A stretch of 64,000 nucleotides of DNA, taken from positions 124,001 to 188,000 of IMG/VR virus record IMGVR_UViG_3300023174_002543; one strand, 5' to 3'. The position numbers and the translations under genes were made by a program. This document shows, one piece after another, positions 18,990 through 29,659 of the stretch. The first letter of the stretch is position 1. The number at the start of each line of letters is the position of its first letter. The notes beneath the pieces were generated by a model. It searched no databases and was not told where the DNA came from. It saw nothing but the letters and a program-made list of their open reading frames with translations.

Positions 18990-19286
18990 ATGAACGAATT
19001 ATACGAAAAATTAACCAAAGAACAAAAACAATATCGTTTTGAACAAGCTAAAATACATACAGATTATATTGTTAATGAATCACAAAAACAAGGATACAAA
19101 CAAGCAGTAGATACAACTAAAAATGTATATGAAAAATTCAAACAAATTGAACAAAAAGAACGTTGCCTAAGAGTTAAGTTTTTAGATTGGCTATCAGCCA
19201 AACTATTATCATGGAGTAAGAGTGTACATCAAATGTCAGTTAGTATTGACAGTCCATGCGTTATTAGATTACCAGAAAAGAAATAA
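18990..19286 (+). CDS. Hypothetical protein
   Basis: Tightly packed 98-aa ORF in the operon. Confidence 0.7.
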   Translation: MNELYEKLTKEQKQYRFEQAKIHTDYIVNESQKQGYKQAVDTTKNVYEKFKQIEQKERCLRVKFLDWLSAKLLSWSKSVHQMSVSIDSPCVIRLPEKK

Positions 19287-19289
19287 GGT

Positions 19290-19904
19290 ATGAAAATAGA
19301 TGAACTAAGAAGTGTAGAACCTAAAGACTCTTTGGGAATGTTGACTTTTAATTCAAGTGTGATGAAAGAAATACTTAGCACAGCTAAACAGTTACCAAAT
19401 AGTCCTTATTTCTATTCTGTTATACCTAGCGGAGGAAATCAATCATCAAATGATGATGATGTGTGCTTAATAAGCCCTGATAAAAAGTTAGTAGGAGTAT
19501 TGACTATTCAAATTGCTGAAGATACTGCTTACGTAATGGGAGTAGAAATTAGCAAAAATATGAGGGGCAAGGGTTTAGCTACTAGCTTATATGGTATAGT
19601 ATTATCAATACTTAAATTAAATCTAGTATCAGATTCTACACAGACCCCTGGTGGTGCAAGGACATGGGTCAGTTTAAGTAAAATACCCAATGTATCAGTC
19701 ATGGGTTTGATGTACAATCCTTCACCCGAAGAAATCAAAACACTAGGAGCTAGAAATTTACGAGGTGGAGGCACAGCCTATGTTTTTCCGGTAACTGTCG
19801 TAAACGACACTATAGTTCCTGTAAATAGTAGTGAAACTAAACTATACTCACCCACTGATACTAAATTTAAATTAATAGCATTTTACAATAAAAAAGTAAT
19901 ATGA
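19290..19904 (+). CDS. GNAT-like acetyltransferase-fold protein
   Basis: VEIS..MRGKGLATSLY acetyl-CoA binding motif A; SDSTQTPGGARTW. Confidence 0.55.
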   Translation: MKIDELRSVEPKDSLGMLTFNSSVMKEILSTAKQLPNSPYFYSVIPSGGNQSSNDDDVCLISPDKKLVGVLTIQIAEDTAYVMGVEISKNMRGKGLATSLYGIVLSILKLNLVSDSTQTPGGARTWVSLSKIPNVSVMGLMYNPSPEEIKTLGARNLRGGGTAYVFPVTVVNDTIVPVNSSETKLYSPTDTKFKLIAFYNKKVI

Positions 19905-19960
19905 AAGCACATGTAGGAATGATGAGAAAAATAATAGGACAAATTTAAAAGGAGTTAGAT

Positions 19961-20104
19961 ATGATAGAGACATTAATTTATATAGCAATAGGAGCATTTT
20001 TAGGTTGGAATTTCCCTCAACCACAATATGCAAAAGACTTTCAAACCAAATACTTACAAAAGTATATTGACAAGTTAAAAATGATATTATTTTTCTGGAG
20101 ATAA
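19961..20104 (+). CDS. Small membrane protein, 47 aa (not in ORF track)
   Basis: AAGGAG RBS; MIETLIYIAIGAFLGWNFPQP has an N-terminal TM helix. Confidence 0.65.
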   Translation: MIETLIYIAIGAFLGWNFPQPQYAKDFQTKYLQKYIDKLKMILFFWR

Positions 20105-20106
20105 TT

Positions 20107-20319
20107 ATGAACGCAATAAGAAGTATGTTAAGTGATGACACCGGAGCAGTAAGCAGTAAGCGTACTATCACCTTTTTGTCATTTTTGCTATGTGCCGCCG
20201 GGTTCATTGCTAACACGTGGTTTGAAACTAAAATAGACGCAGGACTATTCAATAGTATTATGTACATGGTTATCGGTGGACTAGGATTTACAGCAAGCGA
20301 AAAGTTTGCGGCTAAATAA
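20107..20319 (+). CDS. Small two-TM membrane protein (holin-like)
   Basis: SSKR followed by two hydrophobic segments. Confidence 0.55.
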   Translation: MNAIRSMLSDDTGAVSSKRTITFLSFLLCAAGFIANTWFETKIDAGLFNSIMYMVIGGLGFTASEKFAAK

Positions 20320-20327
20320 GGATTGAT

Positions 20328-20555
20328 ATGACAGCAATTGTATGGAGCAAAGACCAGTGCCCTTTCTGCGACCAAGCCAAAAGTCTATTAACTAGCAGAG
20401 GGATACAATATGAAGAACGTAATGTATCACGTGACTGGACAAAAGAACAACTATTAGAGGCAGTACCAACTGCCCGATCAGTACCCCAAATATTTTTAGA
20501 TGAAGAATATATTGGTGGATTTAACGAACTAAGAAAGAAATTAAATGACGTATGA
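20328..20555 (+). CDS. grxC: Glutaredoxin
   Basis: CPFC active site; RSVPQIFL..EYIGGF. Confidence 0.93.
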   Translation: MTAIVWSKDQCPFCDQAKSLLTSRGIQYEERNVSRDWTKEQLLEAVPTARSVPQIFLDEEYIGGFNELRKKLNDV

Positions 20556-20844
20556 AGTCGGTCAAGTTTACACCATTAAGTTGAACAGTGGCGAAGAGTT
20601 AGTTGCTAAAGTAATTGAGATTACAGACACCCAATTATCTATTACAGATCCATTAAGTATTGCTCAAGGACCTAAGGGAATGACACTAATTCCAAGTATG
20701 TTTACTTGTGATCCTGAGAAACCTATCAGACTAAATACTAGTAGTGTTACGTTATATGGATTTACTGAAGACAATGTAAAGGATCAGTATATCACTATGA
20801 CGACAGGTATACAATTACCTGACAAAAAAATTATAATGGGATAA
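20545..20844 (+). CDS. Sm-like-fold hypothetical protein of T4-like phages
   Basis: IKLNSGEELVAKV N-terminal motif. Confidence 0.6.
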   Translation: MTYEVGQVYTIKLNSGEELVAKVIEITDTQLSITDPLSIAQGPKGMTLIPSMFTCDPEKPIRLNTSSVTLYGFTEDNVKDQYITMTTGIQLPDKKIIMG

Positions 20845-21125
20845 TGCCAAGATTAAGCCGTCAGAACGACCAAAACAATGTAGGTGGAAAGATTATTAGA
20901 GGGTCACAAACCGTCTTAGTTGATAATATTCCGGCTGGATTGCACGTAAGTAAAATTACTCCGCACTCACCATTTGGTACTCCTCACCCACCGCATGCGG
21001 CGTCGGTTACAACAACCGGTAGTAATTATATATTGATTGACAATGTTCCTGTATTAATGGTTGGATCAAGTACTAGTTGTGGTCATCCTATTGCAACCGG
21101 TAGTCCAACAGTGGAGATAAAATGA
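20844..21125 (+). CDS. PAAR-motif baseplate spike tip protein (T4 gp5.4-like)
   Basis: 93 aa; GSQTVLVDNIP, PH..HPPH, GS...IDNVP..VG.ST.CGH...GSPTV; His/His/Cys Zn ligands. Confidence 0.85.
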   Translation: MPRLSRQNDQNNVGGKIIRGSQTVLVDNIPAGLHVSKITPHSPFGTPHPPHAASVTTTGSNYILIDNVPVLMVGSSTSCGHPIATGSPTVEIK

Positions 21126-23365
21126 GTACTTATACCCCGATGAATCTTAATTGTATTGGGTCCTTTTTAAATAATCAAGGACTCAGTATTAATCCAGAGG
21201 CTGCAAGTTACATGGGTTATTACAATAATGGTACTTATAGTGCAGGCACTGTGACCGGCGGGACTTTTTTAGAAATAACCGCGCAAATTTTTAATCTAGC
21301 GTTTGACGCAAGATACCCAGTTAGAACTATGGGGCAATTAGTAGTTGGTAGAAAATATTATATTAGGTCATTAGGTACGCCAGGATTATATACTGATTTT
21401 ACTTTAGTAGGTGCAGCAGTAAATCGTATAGGAATAATATTTAAAGCAGTAGGCACCGGCGGTGATATAGCCGGCACAAATGGTACATGTAATGAAGTAT
21501 CTAGCGTTGACCAAACAGGTATGACATTAGGACAATATACTAATTTGTTAACAATGGGGTCAGCAGTACCCATATTAACTAATACACCGCCTTATTATTA
21601 TACTACTGATTTCTATACTACAAATTGTAGATATGGATTTATAGGTGAATTTGCGGTACAAGCATATGAAGAATTCTATATTAATAACGGATCCTATAGT
21701 GATTTCTTTAATTCAGTCAGTACGATATTAGGATATAAAGATACTACAAACGGAGTAATAGACAGTCTTACATTAAGTCTTACTCACTTAGATGGTATAT
21801 ATTCAAATATGAATGATTTGATTACTAGTGATATTACAGGTGTAAGTATAAGTACATTCTTTTGGGGGCAAGATTTAATTAGATTGGGTCGTGCTTTAGA
21901 TTTACAAACTATTCAAAGTTTTGGAAATCCAGATAATCTATTACGCACATTGGCTAAGAATAAGGCTATTACCACAGGACTTAACGTGGTATTTGCAGCA
22001 GCTGGTATTAATCCTGACGATATTACACATATAATTAATGGTAAATCTGCAACTAATGAACAACAAAAGTTATTATACGCATGTTTTTGTTTGGTTACAG
22101 GTAGTGATTTAGATGAAATATTAATGCCATTGAATTGTCATACTGAGGATCTAGATAGTCTAGCAGATTTATTAAATCTCAAAAAGATTTTCCCTAAGAG
22201 TTATGAAACATTAACCTTCCCTCAATATAATAGTGAGCCAAGACAGACCAATAGTAAAACATATTATCTATTGTATGAGGGAACACAAGTTAATAGAATA
22301 CCTAGTTTAACATACGGTGAAAGGTTATTTGGAATATTACCTAGTGACCTTGCATATGCAGTAGATGCATTTAGTATGAGTATGAGACAAATTAAAAATA
22401 TTCAAAATATAGATATTGAAAAATTTGCTCAGGTAGTTACTAACTTAGAAAATGTAAATGATTTGTCAGTAAATGGTACTAGTACTCCAACGAATAAAAC
22501 TGCGATTGAAGCTGCATTGAGTAAGATAGCATATGGGTCAAGTACTAGTGGAAAGTTCTTAACAATAGACTTCTTTGGATGCATAACTAATTTATATTAT
22601 CCATGGAGCCAAGTACAAGAGGCAATAACTGCATTAGCAGAGTTGCCTGAGGTTGTAGAGCTGCAGGGGCATTTGCAAACTATATATAATGCATTAAATG
22701 TAGGCTTAGGTACATTCACCGTACAAAAGTTTATTGACCAAGTACAACCTTCAATTGACCAAATTAATCTACTAGTAACTAGTATCTTTAATGCACACAG
22801 AGACTTAATTGCACCCATAAATGATTTATATAATCGTATGGGCGCTGGTTTATCCAGAGAGCAATATATTAGAAAATTAGCAATACCCGGTGGTGCTGAG
22901 TTTATTAGCAGTTCATCCACTGATGTTTATTCTTTTATAAACAGTTTAAGCACTTATTCTTCGGAAACCGAACCAGGAGAAACTGCTGTTGTTATAGAAA
23001 ACATAGCAGACGGTGCAACCTTAGGAGGACAAAGTTTAATCGGTAGTATGCGTGAGGCACGCAATAGTCAGCGTATGGGTTTAATGGGTGGTGAATTAGA
23101 TAATCTAGTTCAACGTACACCTATTAATGTACCTGTCGCTAATGGGACCAGAGCTACATTATCAACAACCACTGGTAATGTAGAAATTTCCGTAGTCAAT
23201 GGCGGCCCTATGGCAGGAAGCCTAGGCGGAAGTCCCCAGTCAACACTAATACCTAGTAATTTAAATATACTAAACATGGCAACAGGCCCGTCGGTATTAG
23301 TGCCCAGTGCAGCAGTAGCACATGTATCAGCATGTAATTGCGATTGCTGGGATTTATTACAATAA
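21122..23365 (+). CDS. Large hypothetical protein, probably structural
   Basis: 747-aa ORF coupled to the PAAR gene; ends CNCDCWDLL; no recognised family. Confidence 0.6.
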   Translation: MSTYTPMNLNCIGSFLNNQGLSINPEAASYMGYYNNGTYSAGTVTGGTFLEITAQIFNLAFDARYPVRTMGQLVVGRKYYIRSLGTPGLYTDFTLVGAAVNRIGIIFKAVGTGGDIAGTNGTCNEVSSVDQTGMTLGQYTNLLTMGSAVPILTNTPPYYYTTDFYTTNCRYGFIGEFAVQAYEEFYINNGSYSDFFNSVSTILGYKDTTNGVIDSLTLSLTHLDGIYSNMNDLITSDITGVSISTFFWGQDLIRLGRALDLQTIQSFGNPDNLLRTLAKNKAITTGLNVVFAAAGINPDDITHIINGKSATNEQQKLLYACFCLVTGSDLDEILMPLNCHTEDLDSLADLLNLKKIFPKSYETLTFPQYNSEPRQTNSKTYYLLYEGTQVNRIPSLTYGERLFGILPSDLAYAVDAFSMSMRQIKNIQNIDIEKFAQVVTNLENVNDLSVNGTSTPTNKTAIEAALSKIAYGSSTSGKFLTIDFFGCITNLYYPWSQVQEAITALAELPEVVELQGHLQTIYNALNVGLGTFTVQKFIDQVQPSIDQINLLVTSIFNAHRDLIAPINDLYNRMGAGLSREQYIRKLAIPGGAEFISSSSTDVYSFINSLSTYSSETEPGETAVVIENIADGATLGGQSLIGSMREARNSQRMGLMGGELDNLVQRTPINVPVANGTRATLSTTTGNVEISVVNGGPMAGSLGGSPQSTLIPSNLNILNMATGPSVLVPSAAVAHVSACNCDCWDLLQ

Positions 23366-23460
23366 TAGTTATCTATACTATCGTATAGTTTTATCCGTTA
23401 ATATATCTATATATATTAATTGATAGTATAATAGTATTGGTACCTTTAGAAAGGATTCTT

Positions 23461-24057
23461 ATGACAAAAATCATTAGTGGGAAAAATGTCTTAATGTCTG
23501 TAGTAGTTTTATTACTTACAATGATGACATTTAATCAGAATGTACGTGAGGAAGTTATACGTGCAGAACTTAAAGTAGCAAAGTTTGTTGACCCAAAGCA
23601 AATTATCTGTATGGCTACTAATATATTCTATGAAGCAGGAAGTGAAAGCACGGCCGGTAAAGCCGCCGTAGCACGTGTTACATTAAATCGGGTTAATAGT
23701 GGATTTGCTAGTACACCATGCAACGTAGTATATCAAACAACAGTCCGCGATGACAGGAAATTCTGTCAATTTAGCTGGGTATGTGAGGGTAAAGGCAACC
23801 CAAATAAAAATAGTCAAAGTTACCAGGCTAGTTTACAAGTAGCCTATGAAGTGTTAGTATTAGATAAGTATAAAGATGTAGTACCGAAAAATACATTATT
23901 CTTCCATAACAAAACGGTCGAACCTGACTGGGAACACTATGAAAGAGTTCAAGTAATCGGGAATCATATATTCTATAGTAAGAAAAAGAAAGCTAAGAAA
24001 ACACATGACCGACGACACCAAGTTAGAGCCGAAAGTGAGTTACAGTCCGGATCGTAA
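23461..24057 (+). CDS. Cell wall hydrolase, SleB/Hydrolase_2 family
   Basis: CMATNIFYEA.SE...GK.AVA.VTLNRV, CQFSW, FFHN, IGNHIFY; N-terminal hydrophobic segment. Start moved to the ATG at 23461. Confidence 0.9.
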   Translation: MTKIISGKNVLMSVVVLLLTMMTFNQNVREEVIRAELKVAKFVDPKQIICMATNIFYEAGSESTAGKAAVARVTLNRVNSGFASTPCNVVYQTTVRDDRKFCQFSWVCEGKGNPNKNSQSYQASLQVAYEVLVLDKYKDVVPKNTLFFHNKTVEPDWEHYERVQVIGNHIFYSKKKKAKKTHDRRHQVRAESELQSGS

Positions 24058-24565
24058 TACTTTTCAGGAACAATCTTACCTAGATAATAAAGCAGAAAAG
24101 GGTGAAGAACCTGATACTGCTTATCTAGAAATGTTTAAAAGTATTAGGCTAAATGAAAAGAATAAAATGCGGGATCCAGAGTGGCGTAAAAACAATATGG
24201 AATACGATTTACGTATTGCAGACTGGATGCTAGATAAAGTACGTAATAGTGATACCTACGCACAGAATCTATACGCTGCATTGTGTAATAACAATTTTAT
24301 TCAAAATGACGTATGGCCTATATTATTAGAAAAAGAATGGGGTTGTAGTTGGCGGCATGCCGGTGGAATTGTTGCGGACATGAAAGAAAAGGGTGATTAT
24401 ATTGACTGGTACTGTAGTGGTATAGGTGATGGATTAGGTAATGGTGACATTGATGGCACTAGAGGATATGTACCTGAAGGTCAAATAACAGATGAGATTA
24501 GAACAGATTTATTAAAGCTAGGCTGGATCATAGCACCAGGGGGCGATAATGAGTTATATTCCTAA
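24005..24565 (+). CDS. Hypothetical protein
   Basis: 186-aa ORF; YAQNLYAALCNN, SWRHAGGIVAD, DWYCSG. Confidence 0.7.
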   Translation: MTDDTKLEPKVSYSPDRNTFQEQSYLDNKAEKGEEPDTAYLEMFKSIRLNEKNKMRDPEWRKNNMEYDLRIADWMLDKVRNSDTYAQNLYAALCNNNFIQNDVWPILLEKEWGCSWRHAGGIVADMKEKGDYIDWYCSGIGDGLGNGDIDGTRGYVPEGQITDEIRTDLLKLGWIIAPGGDNELYS

Positions 24566-24757
24566 ATATCCAGACGTTAAGAAGGCTATAAAAGAGATAG
24601 CTTCTACTAGGATGAGTATCCAACAAAAACTTAATCATATTAAATCAACAGATAAGTCGGAACTTATTTTGGCTATTAAAACAATGTTGAATAAAGATAG
24701 AAAATAATTCAACCATGTTAGTTCACATTAAATATTATTATATTTAAAAGGACTAAC

Positions 24758-25621
24758 ATGCCAAAAGCAGCAAAAAAAGAAGCTAATAAAACAGCTTTTG
24801 AAACATTTAAGCCAAAACTAGATTTAGTGCAAGCCAGACCAGGGCCCATGTATGTATATAAGAATGACCAATTTGTAAGTAAGGCTATTAAAGTATATGG
24901 TGAATATTGCCATGCTGAAGTAGATATTATGAAATTGTTTGTTGAAAAAGATACGATGTATATTGACGTTGGGGTAAACATTGGCTATCATGCACTAGCA
25001 GTACACAAAGAAACAGAATGTTCAGTTATTGGGTTTGAACCTAATCCAACACACTTTGCAATAGCCGCAGAAAATTGTAAAGACTTGCCTATTCAAATCT
25101 TTAACGCCGCATTAGGATCACGAAAAGATACTATTAAAATGACTGACGTTACTATAGATGATGCGGGTAATTATGGTGAAACTAAACAAGATGATGAAGG
25201 TACTATTGAAGCAGAGTGTATCACATTAGATTCATTAAACGTACCCAAAGTATCTGTTATGAAGATTGACGTTGAGGGCTTTGAGTTAGGTGTAATGAAG
25301 GGCGGTGAGCAAACAATCAATAAGTACAGACCTGTTATATTCTATGAGGCATTGGGATTAGATTGGACTGGATGCTTTGACTTTTTAGAAGGTAAAGGGT
25401 ACGCACAATATTGGGTAGCTTGTTTAAATACTCCATTGAAGTCCAATACATTTATCCCCAAAGACCCTAACAATGATCCAGGATTCGGTATGGGCGGAGT
25501 TACTAATATATTAGCTATCCCATTAGAGAAGCCACAGGTAGGTAACTTAATGCCAGTTAAACAAAATGAAACATACGGTGAGTGTGCTAAACGAATCAAA
25601 TCATATGTAATGGCATTCTAA
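24758..25621 (+). CDS. FkbM-family SAM-dependent methyltransferase
   Basis: YIDVGVNIGYH, GFEPNP, NAALG, MKIDVEGFELGVMKG. Confidence 0.9.
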   Translation: MPKAAKKEANKTAFETFKPKLDLVQARPGPMYVYKNDQFVSKAIKVYGEYCHAEVDIMKLFVEKDTMYIDVGVNIGYHALAVHKETECSVIGFEPNPTHFAIAAENCKDLPIQIFNAALGSRKDTIKMTDVTIDDAGNYGETKQDDEGTIEAECITLDSLNVPKVSVMKIDVEGFELGVMKGGEQTINKYRPVIFYEALGLDWTGCFDFLEGKGYAQYWVACLNTPLKSNTFIPKDPNNDPGFGMGGVTNILAIPLEKPQVGNLMPVKQNETYGECAKRIKSYVMAF

Positions 25622-25622
25622 T

Positions 25623-26324
25623 ATGGATATTAAGATTCCAAGCGTTACCCCCTTAGGAGTACCTATCGTAACGATAGGGGTTTGGATGAGCGGTGGAGTA
25701 GATAGCACTTTAATGTGCTATCTATTAGCAAAAAAGATTAAAGAACAAAATCTACCAGTTAAGATACAACCAGTTTCAGTAGATAACAAAAGACCATTTG
25801 CTTATATCGCAGGTACTGTTAGACAGAAAATAGAAGAATTATTAGATTGTAGTGACATTTTTCTTGAGCATTTATTCTATACTCCTCCTGATGATATTAA
25901 TAAATGGACTCAGAAAGAATTTAAACAAGAGTTCTTAGATAGAAACTACGACAATTTTAAGAATGACCGTATGCAAGCATTATATACGGGAACAACTCTT
26001 AATCCTCCACAAGATATACAATTAAAGTTCAATTATGGTATATTACCTGACATTGAAGCAATCCGAGGGGAAGGGGTACCCAAGATTATTGAGAAATATA
26101 GTGTACATGAAGTGGAGGGTATGACTAAAGAATTCATAGAAATACGTCCTTTCTTGGAAATAAATAAACAAGGTATACATCAATTATACATAGATAATAA
26201 TATCATGGACTCATTATTTCCATTAACTAGAAGCTGTGAAGATATTACCCCCGGAGTCGTTCATGGGCATTGTGGAATATGTTGGTGGTGCGAGGAACGT
26301 AAATGGGGCTTTAATACACTATGA
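25623..26324 (+). CDS. QueC-like PP-loop ATPase (adenine nucleotide alpha hydrolase)
   Basis: MSGGVDSTL PP-loop; TRSC...HCGICWWCEER Zn cluster. Confidence 0.75.
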   Translation: MDIKIPSVTPLGVPIVTIGVWMSGGVDSTLMCYLLAKKIKEQNLPVKIQPVSVDNKRPFAYIAGTVRQKIEELLDCSDIFLEHLFYTPPDDINKWTQKEFKQEFLDRNYDNFKNDRMQALYTGTTLNPPQDIQLKFNYGILPDIEAIRGEGVPKIIEKYSVHEVEGMTKEFIEIRPFLEINKQGIHQLYIDNNIMDSLFPLTRSCEDITPGVVHGHCGICWWCEERKWGFNTL

Positions 26325-26893
26325 ATTTCATTACTAAAACAGATTTTACAGCCGATTATACATTAATGCATAAAGACTTAACAGACTTTATCAATAATGT
26401 GGGCTGGCCTGAGGCTCAGACTATTAATGGTAAGTATTATTCAGGAAATCAAATTGGATTAAAATGTCGTAAAGACGCTGAACATCCATTAATAGATAGT
26501 AATGGTAGTTTATATGACAAAGTTAATCAAGTCTTTGTTGCCCAAGAAAGTGACTTTAATGAGTGGGTAGATGTTGCCCCAAGCTATACTAAAACAGTTA
26601 TTGAACAATTAGAAATCGCACATAATGTTAAGTTTGGTCGTATACGATATATGAGATTAATGACCAAGAATGGATTAAGCGTACATTACGATACAGAGCC
26701 TAGATACCATTATGTACTTGAAACTAATATTAATGCTTTCTTTGGCGAAAAGACTGAGGGTGAGTTAGCCGCAAAGTGTTATCATATTCCGTCCGATGGT
26801 AATTTTTATCAAGTAGATACTACCCGCAATCATTTTGTATATAATGGTGGCTGGGAACCAAGAATACATCTAGTATTAAATGTCCTTAGATGA
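26321..26893 (+). CDS. Asp/Asn beta-hydroxylase-like 2OG-Fe(II) dioxygenase
   Basis: RIRYMRL...SVHYD (HxD), DT..NHFVYNGG..PRIHLV. Confidence 0.75.
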   Translation: MNFITKTDFTADYTLMHKDLTDFINNVGWPEAQTINGKYYSGNQIGLKCRKDAEHPLIDSNGSLYDKVNQVFVAQESDFNEWVDVAPSYTKTVIEQLEIAHNVKFGRIRYMRLMTKNGLSVHYDTEPRYHYVLETNINAFFGEKTEGELAAKCYHIPSDGNFYQVDTTRNHFVYNGGWEPRIHLVLNVLR

Positions 26894-27464
26894 ATTTCGT
26901 TTAGTCACTAAAGATTCCTCAGAATGGCTAAGCATTTACGACTATGCACGTAATGACAAATCACATGAACTCTGGGAAAACTATCAAAATATAGACTTAG
27001 ATACGTATGAACATATGATTGTTCAATTGCGTGATAATAAACCTATTAGTTTTCACGGTATATTCAATAATAATAGATGGCCCGGTAATGTTTCCCGTGT
27101 ATGCAATAGATTATATACATTACCCGAATATAGAGATTTAAAGTGTTCTACGACGGGTGACAGTATTAAGTTTGACTGTGATAACTATGATAAATGGGGT
27201 AAGGATATATTGTTCATTAGTAGAGGTATTCAATATAATGATATACAAACCAGTTATAAAAAGTTTGCATTAAGCGTTCGTTGGGCAAGAAAATATACAG
27301 GATATAATTGGGTGCATGATGATAGACTATATAAATGCTGTAATAATGAATGTAAAGAATGCTACCAGTTCTGCTTATGGTATGACCCTAAAAACATACG
27401 TCATACACTAGATATACACAGTATTAGTATAGATGAGTGGAATTTATTGCCTATATCCAATTAA
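26880..27464 (+). CDS. Hypothetical protein (possible acyltransferase-like fold)
   Basis: SRVCNRLYTLPEYR resembles a GNAT strand; weak. Confidence 0.5.
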   Translation: MSLDEFRLVTKDSSEWLSIYDYARNDKSHELWENYQNIDLDTYEHMIVQLRDNKPISFHGIFNNNRWPGNVSRVCNRLYTLPEYRDLKCSTTGDSIKFDCDNYDKWGKDILFISRGIQYNDIQTSYKKFALSVRWARKYTGYNWVHDDRLYKCCNNECKECYQFCLWYDPKNIRHTLDIHSISIDEWNLLPISN

Positions 27465-28052
27465 CATATAGCGTGTATACATCGGTAACTCTAGCTTCTC
27501 ACTAAAAATCACGTTAATATTACTTTGCTTTTTAAATTCGTCTAAGTTCTCGCAAGTTCTTATATGTTCGTCTATCTTGTAGTTATTACTCTGTAAAACA
27601 AGCATACTTTTGCTCGGTAGCCTAGATAGCCATAAGTCGTACTGTTTTTGAGTTATGTGCTCGCAGCTAGTGTTTATAATGATATCGGCTGTTGTATTCA
27701 CATCTAGCATATCGCCCGTAATAGCCTCAAAGCGTTGTTCTATTTCTTCCATCTTATTCATAGCATAGGCCACTTGTTGGCAGTGCGGATCAATGTCTAT
27801 ACTACGTATTTTACTGATAGGGATATTGCTACAAAATAACAGACTAGATAATGTACCGACCCACCCGCCGTGTATATCGATAGATAATAATTCTTTATTA
27901 ATGTGAGGGCGTATAACAAATTCTAGTCTGTCTATGAGCCATTCTTTACTTTTTAACTGCCCACTCCAAAATGCATCCATTGTACGCATAGGGTTATTAC
28001 TTTGGCGTATTGCTTGCATCCAGTGATGTATGTGGTCTATGTCTATTTTCAT
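27444..28052 (-). CDS. Class I SAM methyltransferase-like protein
   Basis: IHGGWVGTL, IRSIDIDP, IINTSCEH, LVLQSNN. ATG at 28052 overlaps the upstream TGA. Confidence 0.7.
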   Translation of the reverse strand: MKIDIDHIHHWMQAIRQSNNPMRTMDAFWSGQLKSKEWLIDRLEFVIRPHINKELLSIDIHGGWVGTLSSLLFCSNIPISKIRSIDIDPHCQQVAYAMNKMEEIEQRFEAITGDMLDVNTTADIIINTSCEHITQKQYDLWLSRLPSKSMLVLQSNNYKIDEHIRTCENLDEFKKQSNINVIFSEKLELPMYTRYMLIGYRQ

Positions 28053-29659
28053 TGATTGTCCTGATATTTCTGTTTTAACCAATTATAATCATTGATTTTC
28101 ATTAGTTTTTCTTTATCTTTGCTATTACGCATTCCATATTTCTGTCCTAGTATAGCGCCGGCTAATGCATATATACCGTAATCTCTGTCTCTACCCACGC
28201 TAGTCCAGATATCTAATCTATTTTGCGTTTCATTGTCAATTTGTCCATTGATTATTCTACTAGATAATTTAACACATTCACGGAAACTACTACGCCATGT
28301 AGTAAATGGATCAACGTTAAACTTAGTAATATTGCTAACGACCATAATTGGTTCGTAATTTTTACTAATACTAGTAGTCATATCGGGTTTTTCTATATTA
28401 TAATAATTATTAAACTTCTTTAATACACTTGTTCTAGGTAATAACTTAACACCACCATACCCATATACTAAATCATTGATTGGATTAATACTACGCCAAA
28501 CACGTACACGTTCATAATCATAGAATCCCACAACATAATCAAAGTTAAACTCGGGTACTATTTCACTATCTCCATCAACTACCCAAAAATAGTCACTAGT
28601 GCATAACTTAGCGGCTTCAATATGTGCTTTATATATACCCTGTACTCCGTGAATTCGTTTTATTCTAGGGAATCGTTTTACTAGTTTATTATAGTTTTCA
28701 TCGGCTTTTGGTTCATCATAGCTAATGAATACAATATCGTATTCTGTACTAGTGGGAGTCATTAAAAACGTCTGTGGGCTACGATATATAGGCTTAACTG
28801 TTTTCTTATATTCTATGCTATCCAATGTAGAATATATGTAAGTTATTCTATGGTCATCAGTTAATCCTTTAATTAAATTACCATATATGTTTCCATAGTT
28901 TAATGGTTCTTTATTAAACTTTGCTGAAACTATATCAAACACATCATTTAAATAATCAAAATCATTAATTTTTTCAATATTAAATGTTTCTCTATGTAAC
29001 CAATGCACAGCACATCTAGCACCCAATATAGCATAGACTCCGTTAACTACATCCATACCTATATGCATCCAGTTCCATAGTCTGTCATAATTGCGCCAAT
29101 CAAGTTCGGTTAGTTTATATCTGATTTCCCCGTCATTTAAGCATAACTTAATACCCTCACGGAATCCAGCACGAAATGCTTGTAATGGGGTTTTATTAAT
29201 AACTACTGTGCTACCATATTCATTAAGTTGTAGATATTTGGTAAAGTCAAAGTCTATTTTTGTATTAGTGTTATGACTTTCCTCATGTGTTTTCATATCT
29301 AATAATAGCTGTACGGGCCATACTTTAATTCCACCGTTACCATAACATGTTCCGTTAACTATGTTTAATCCACTGTAACTCAATACGTGATTGTTTAAAT
29401 CTACATCATCCTTTAATATAATGGTTTTATCATAAAAATCATCATTGACTAGATTATCTCCGTCTACTATAATTACGTTTGATGATATATCTTTAACTAA
29501 GTTAGCAACCATTTTATGTGCGCGGTCACTGCCCTTAACTCCATGCACCCTATATACATATTTAGGGCTTATCTTAGATAAATGGTTATAGTTTTCTTCC
29601 GCATTGGGTTCATCATAACTTAAAAAAACGGTAGGGTAGTCTTTTGGGTCGAATATCAT
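28049..29659 (-). CDS. Tandem two-domain glycosyltransferase-like protein
   Basis: Two copies of VF[LI]SYDEP.A.ENY...R.HGV.G...AH...[IV]VDGD (DxD) ...NG..YG.GG[IV]K...[FW]R..FRE..KL. Confidence 0.7.
   Translation of the reverse strand: MIFDPKDYPTVFLSYDEPNAEENYNHLSKISPKYVYRVHGVKGSDRAHKMVANLVKDISSNVIIVDGDNLVNDDFYDKTIILKDDVDLNNHVLSYSGLNIVNGTCYGNGGIKVWPVQLLLDMKTHEESHNTNTKIDFDFTKYLQLNEYGSTVVINKTPLQAFRAGFREGIKLCLNDGEIRYKLTELDWRNYDRLWNWMHIGMDVVNGVYAILGARCAVHWLHRETFNIEKINDFDYLNDVFDIVSAKFNKEPLNYGNIYGNLIKGLTDDHRITYIYSTLDSIEYKKTVKPIYRSPQTFLMTPTSTEYDIVFISYDEPKADENYNKLVKRFPRIKRIHGVQGIYKAHIEAAKLCTSDYFWVVDGDSEIVPEFNFDYVVGFYDYERVRVWRSINPINDLVYGYGGVKLLPRTSVLKKFNNYYNIEKPDMTTSISKNYEPIMVVSNITKFNVDPFTTWRSSFRECVKLSSRIINGQIDNETQNRLDIWTSVGRDRDYGIYALAGAILGQKYGMRNSKDKEKLMKINDYNWLKQKYQDNQ

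Noticed and set aside
25623-26324. 7-deazaguanine DNA modification pathway
   Set aside because: Only a QueC-like fold is present; no QueD, QueE, FolE or DpdA recognisable in the window.
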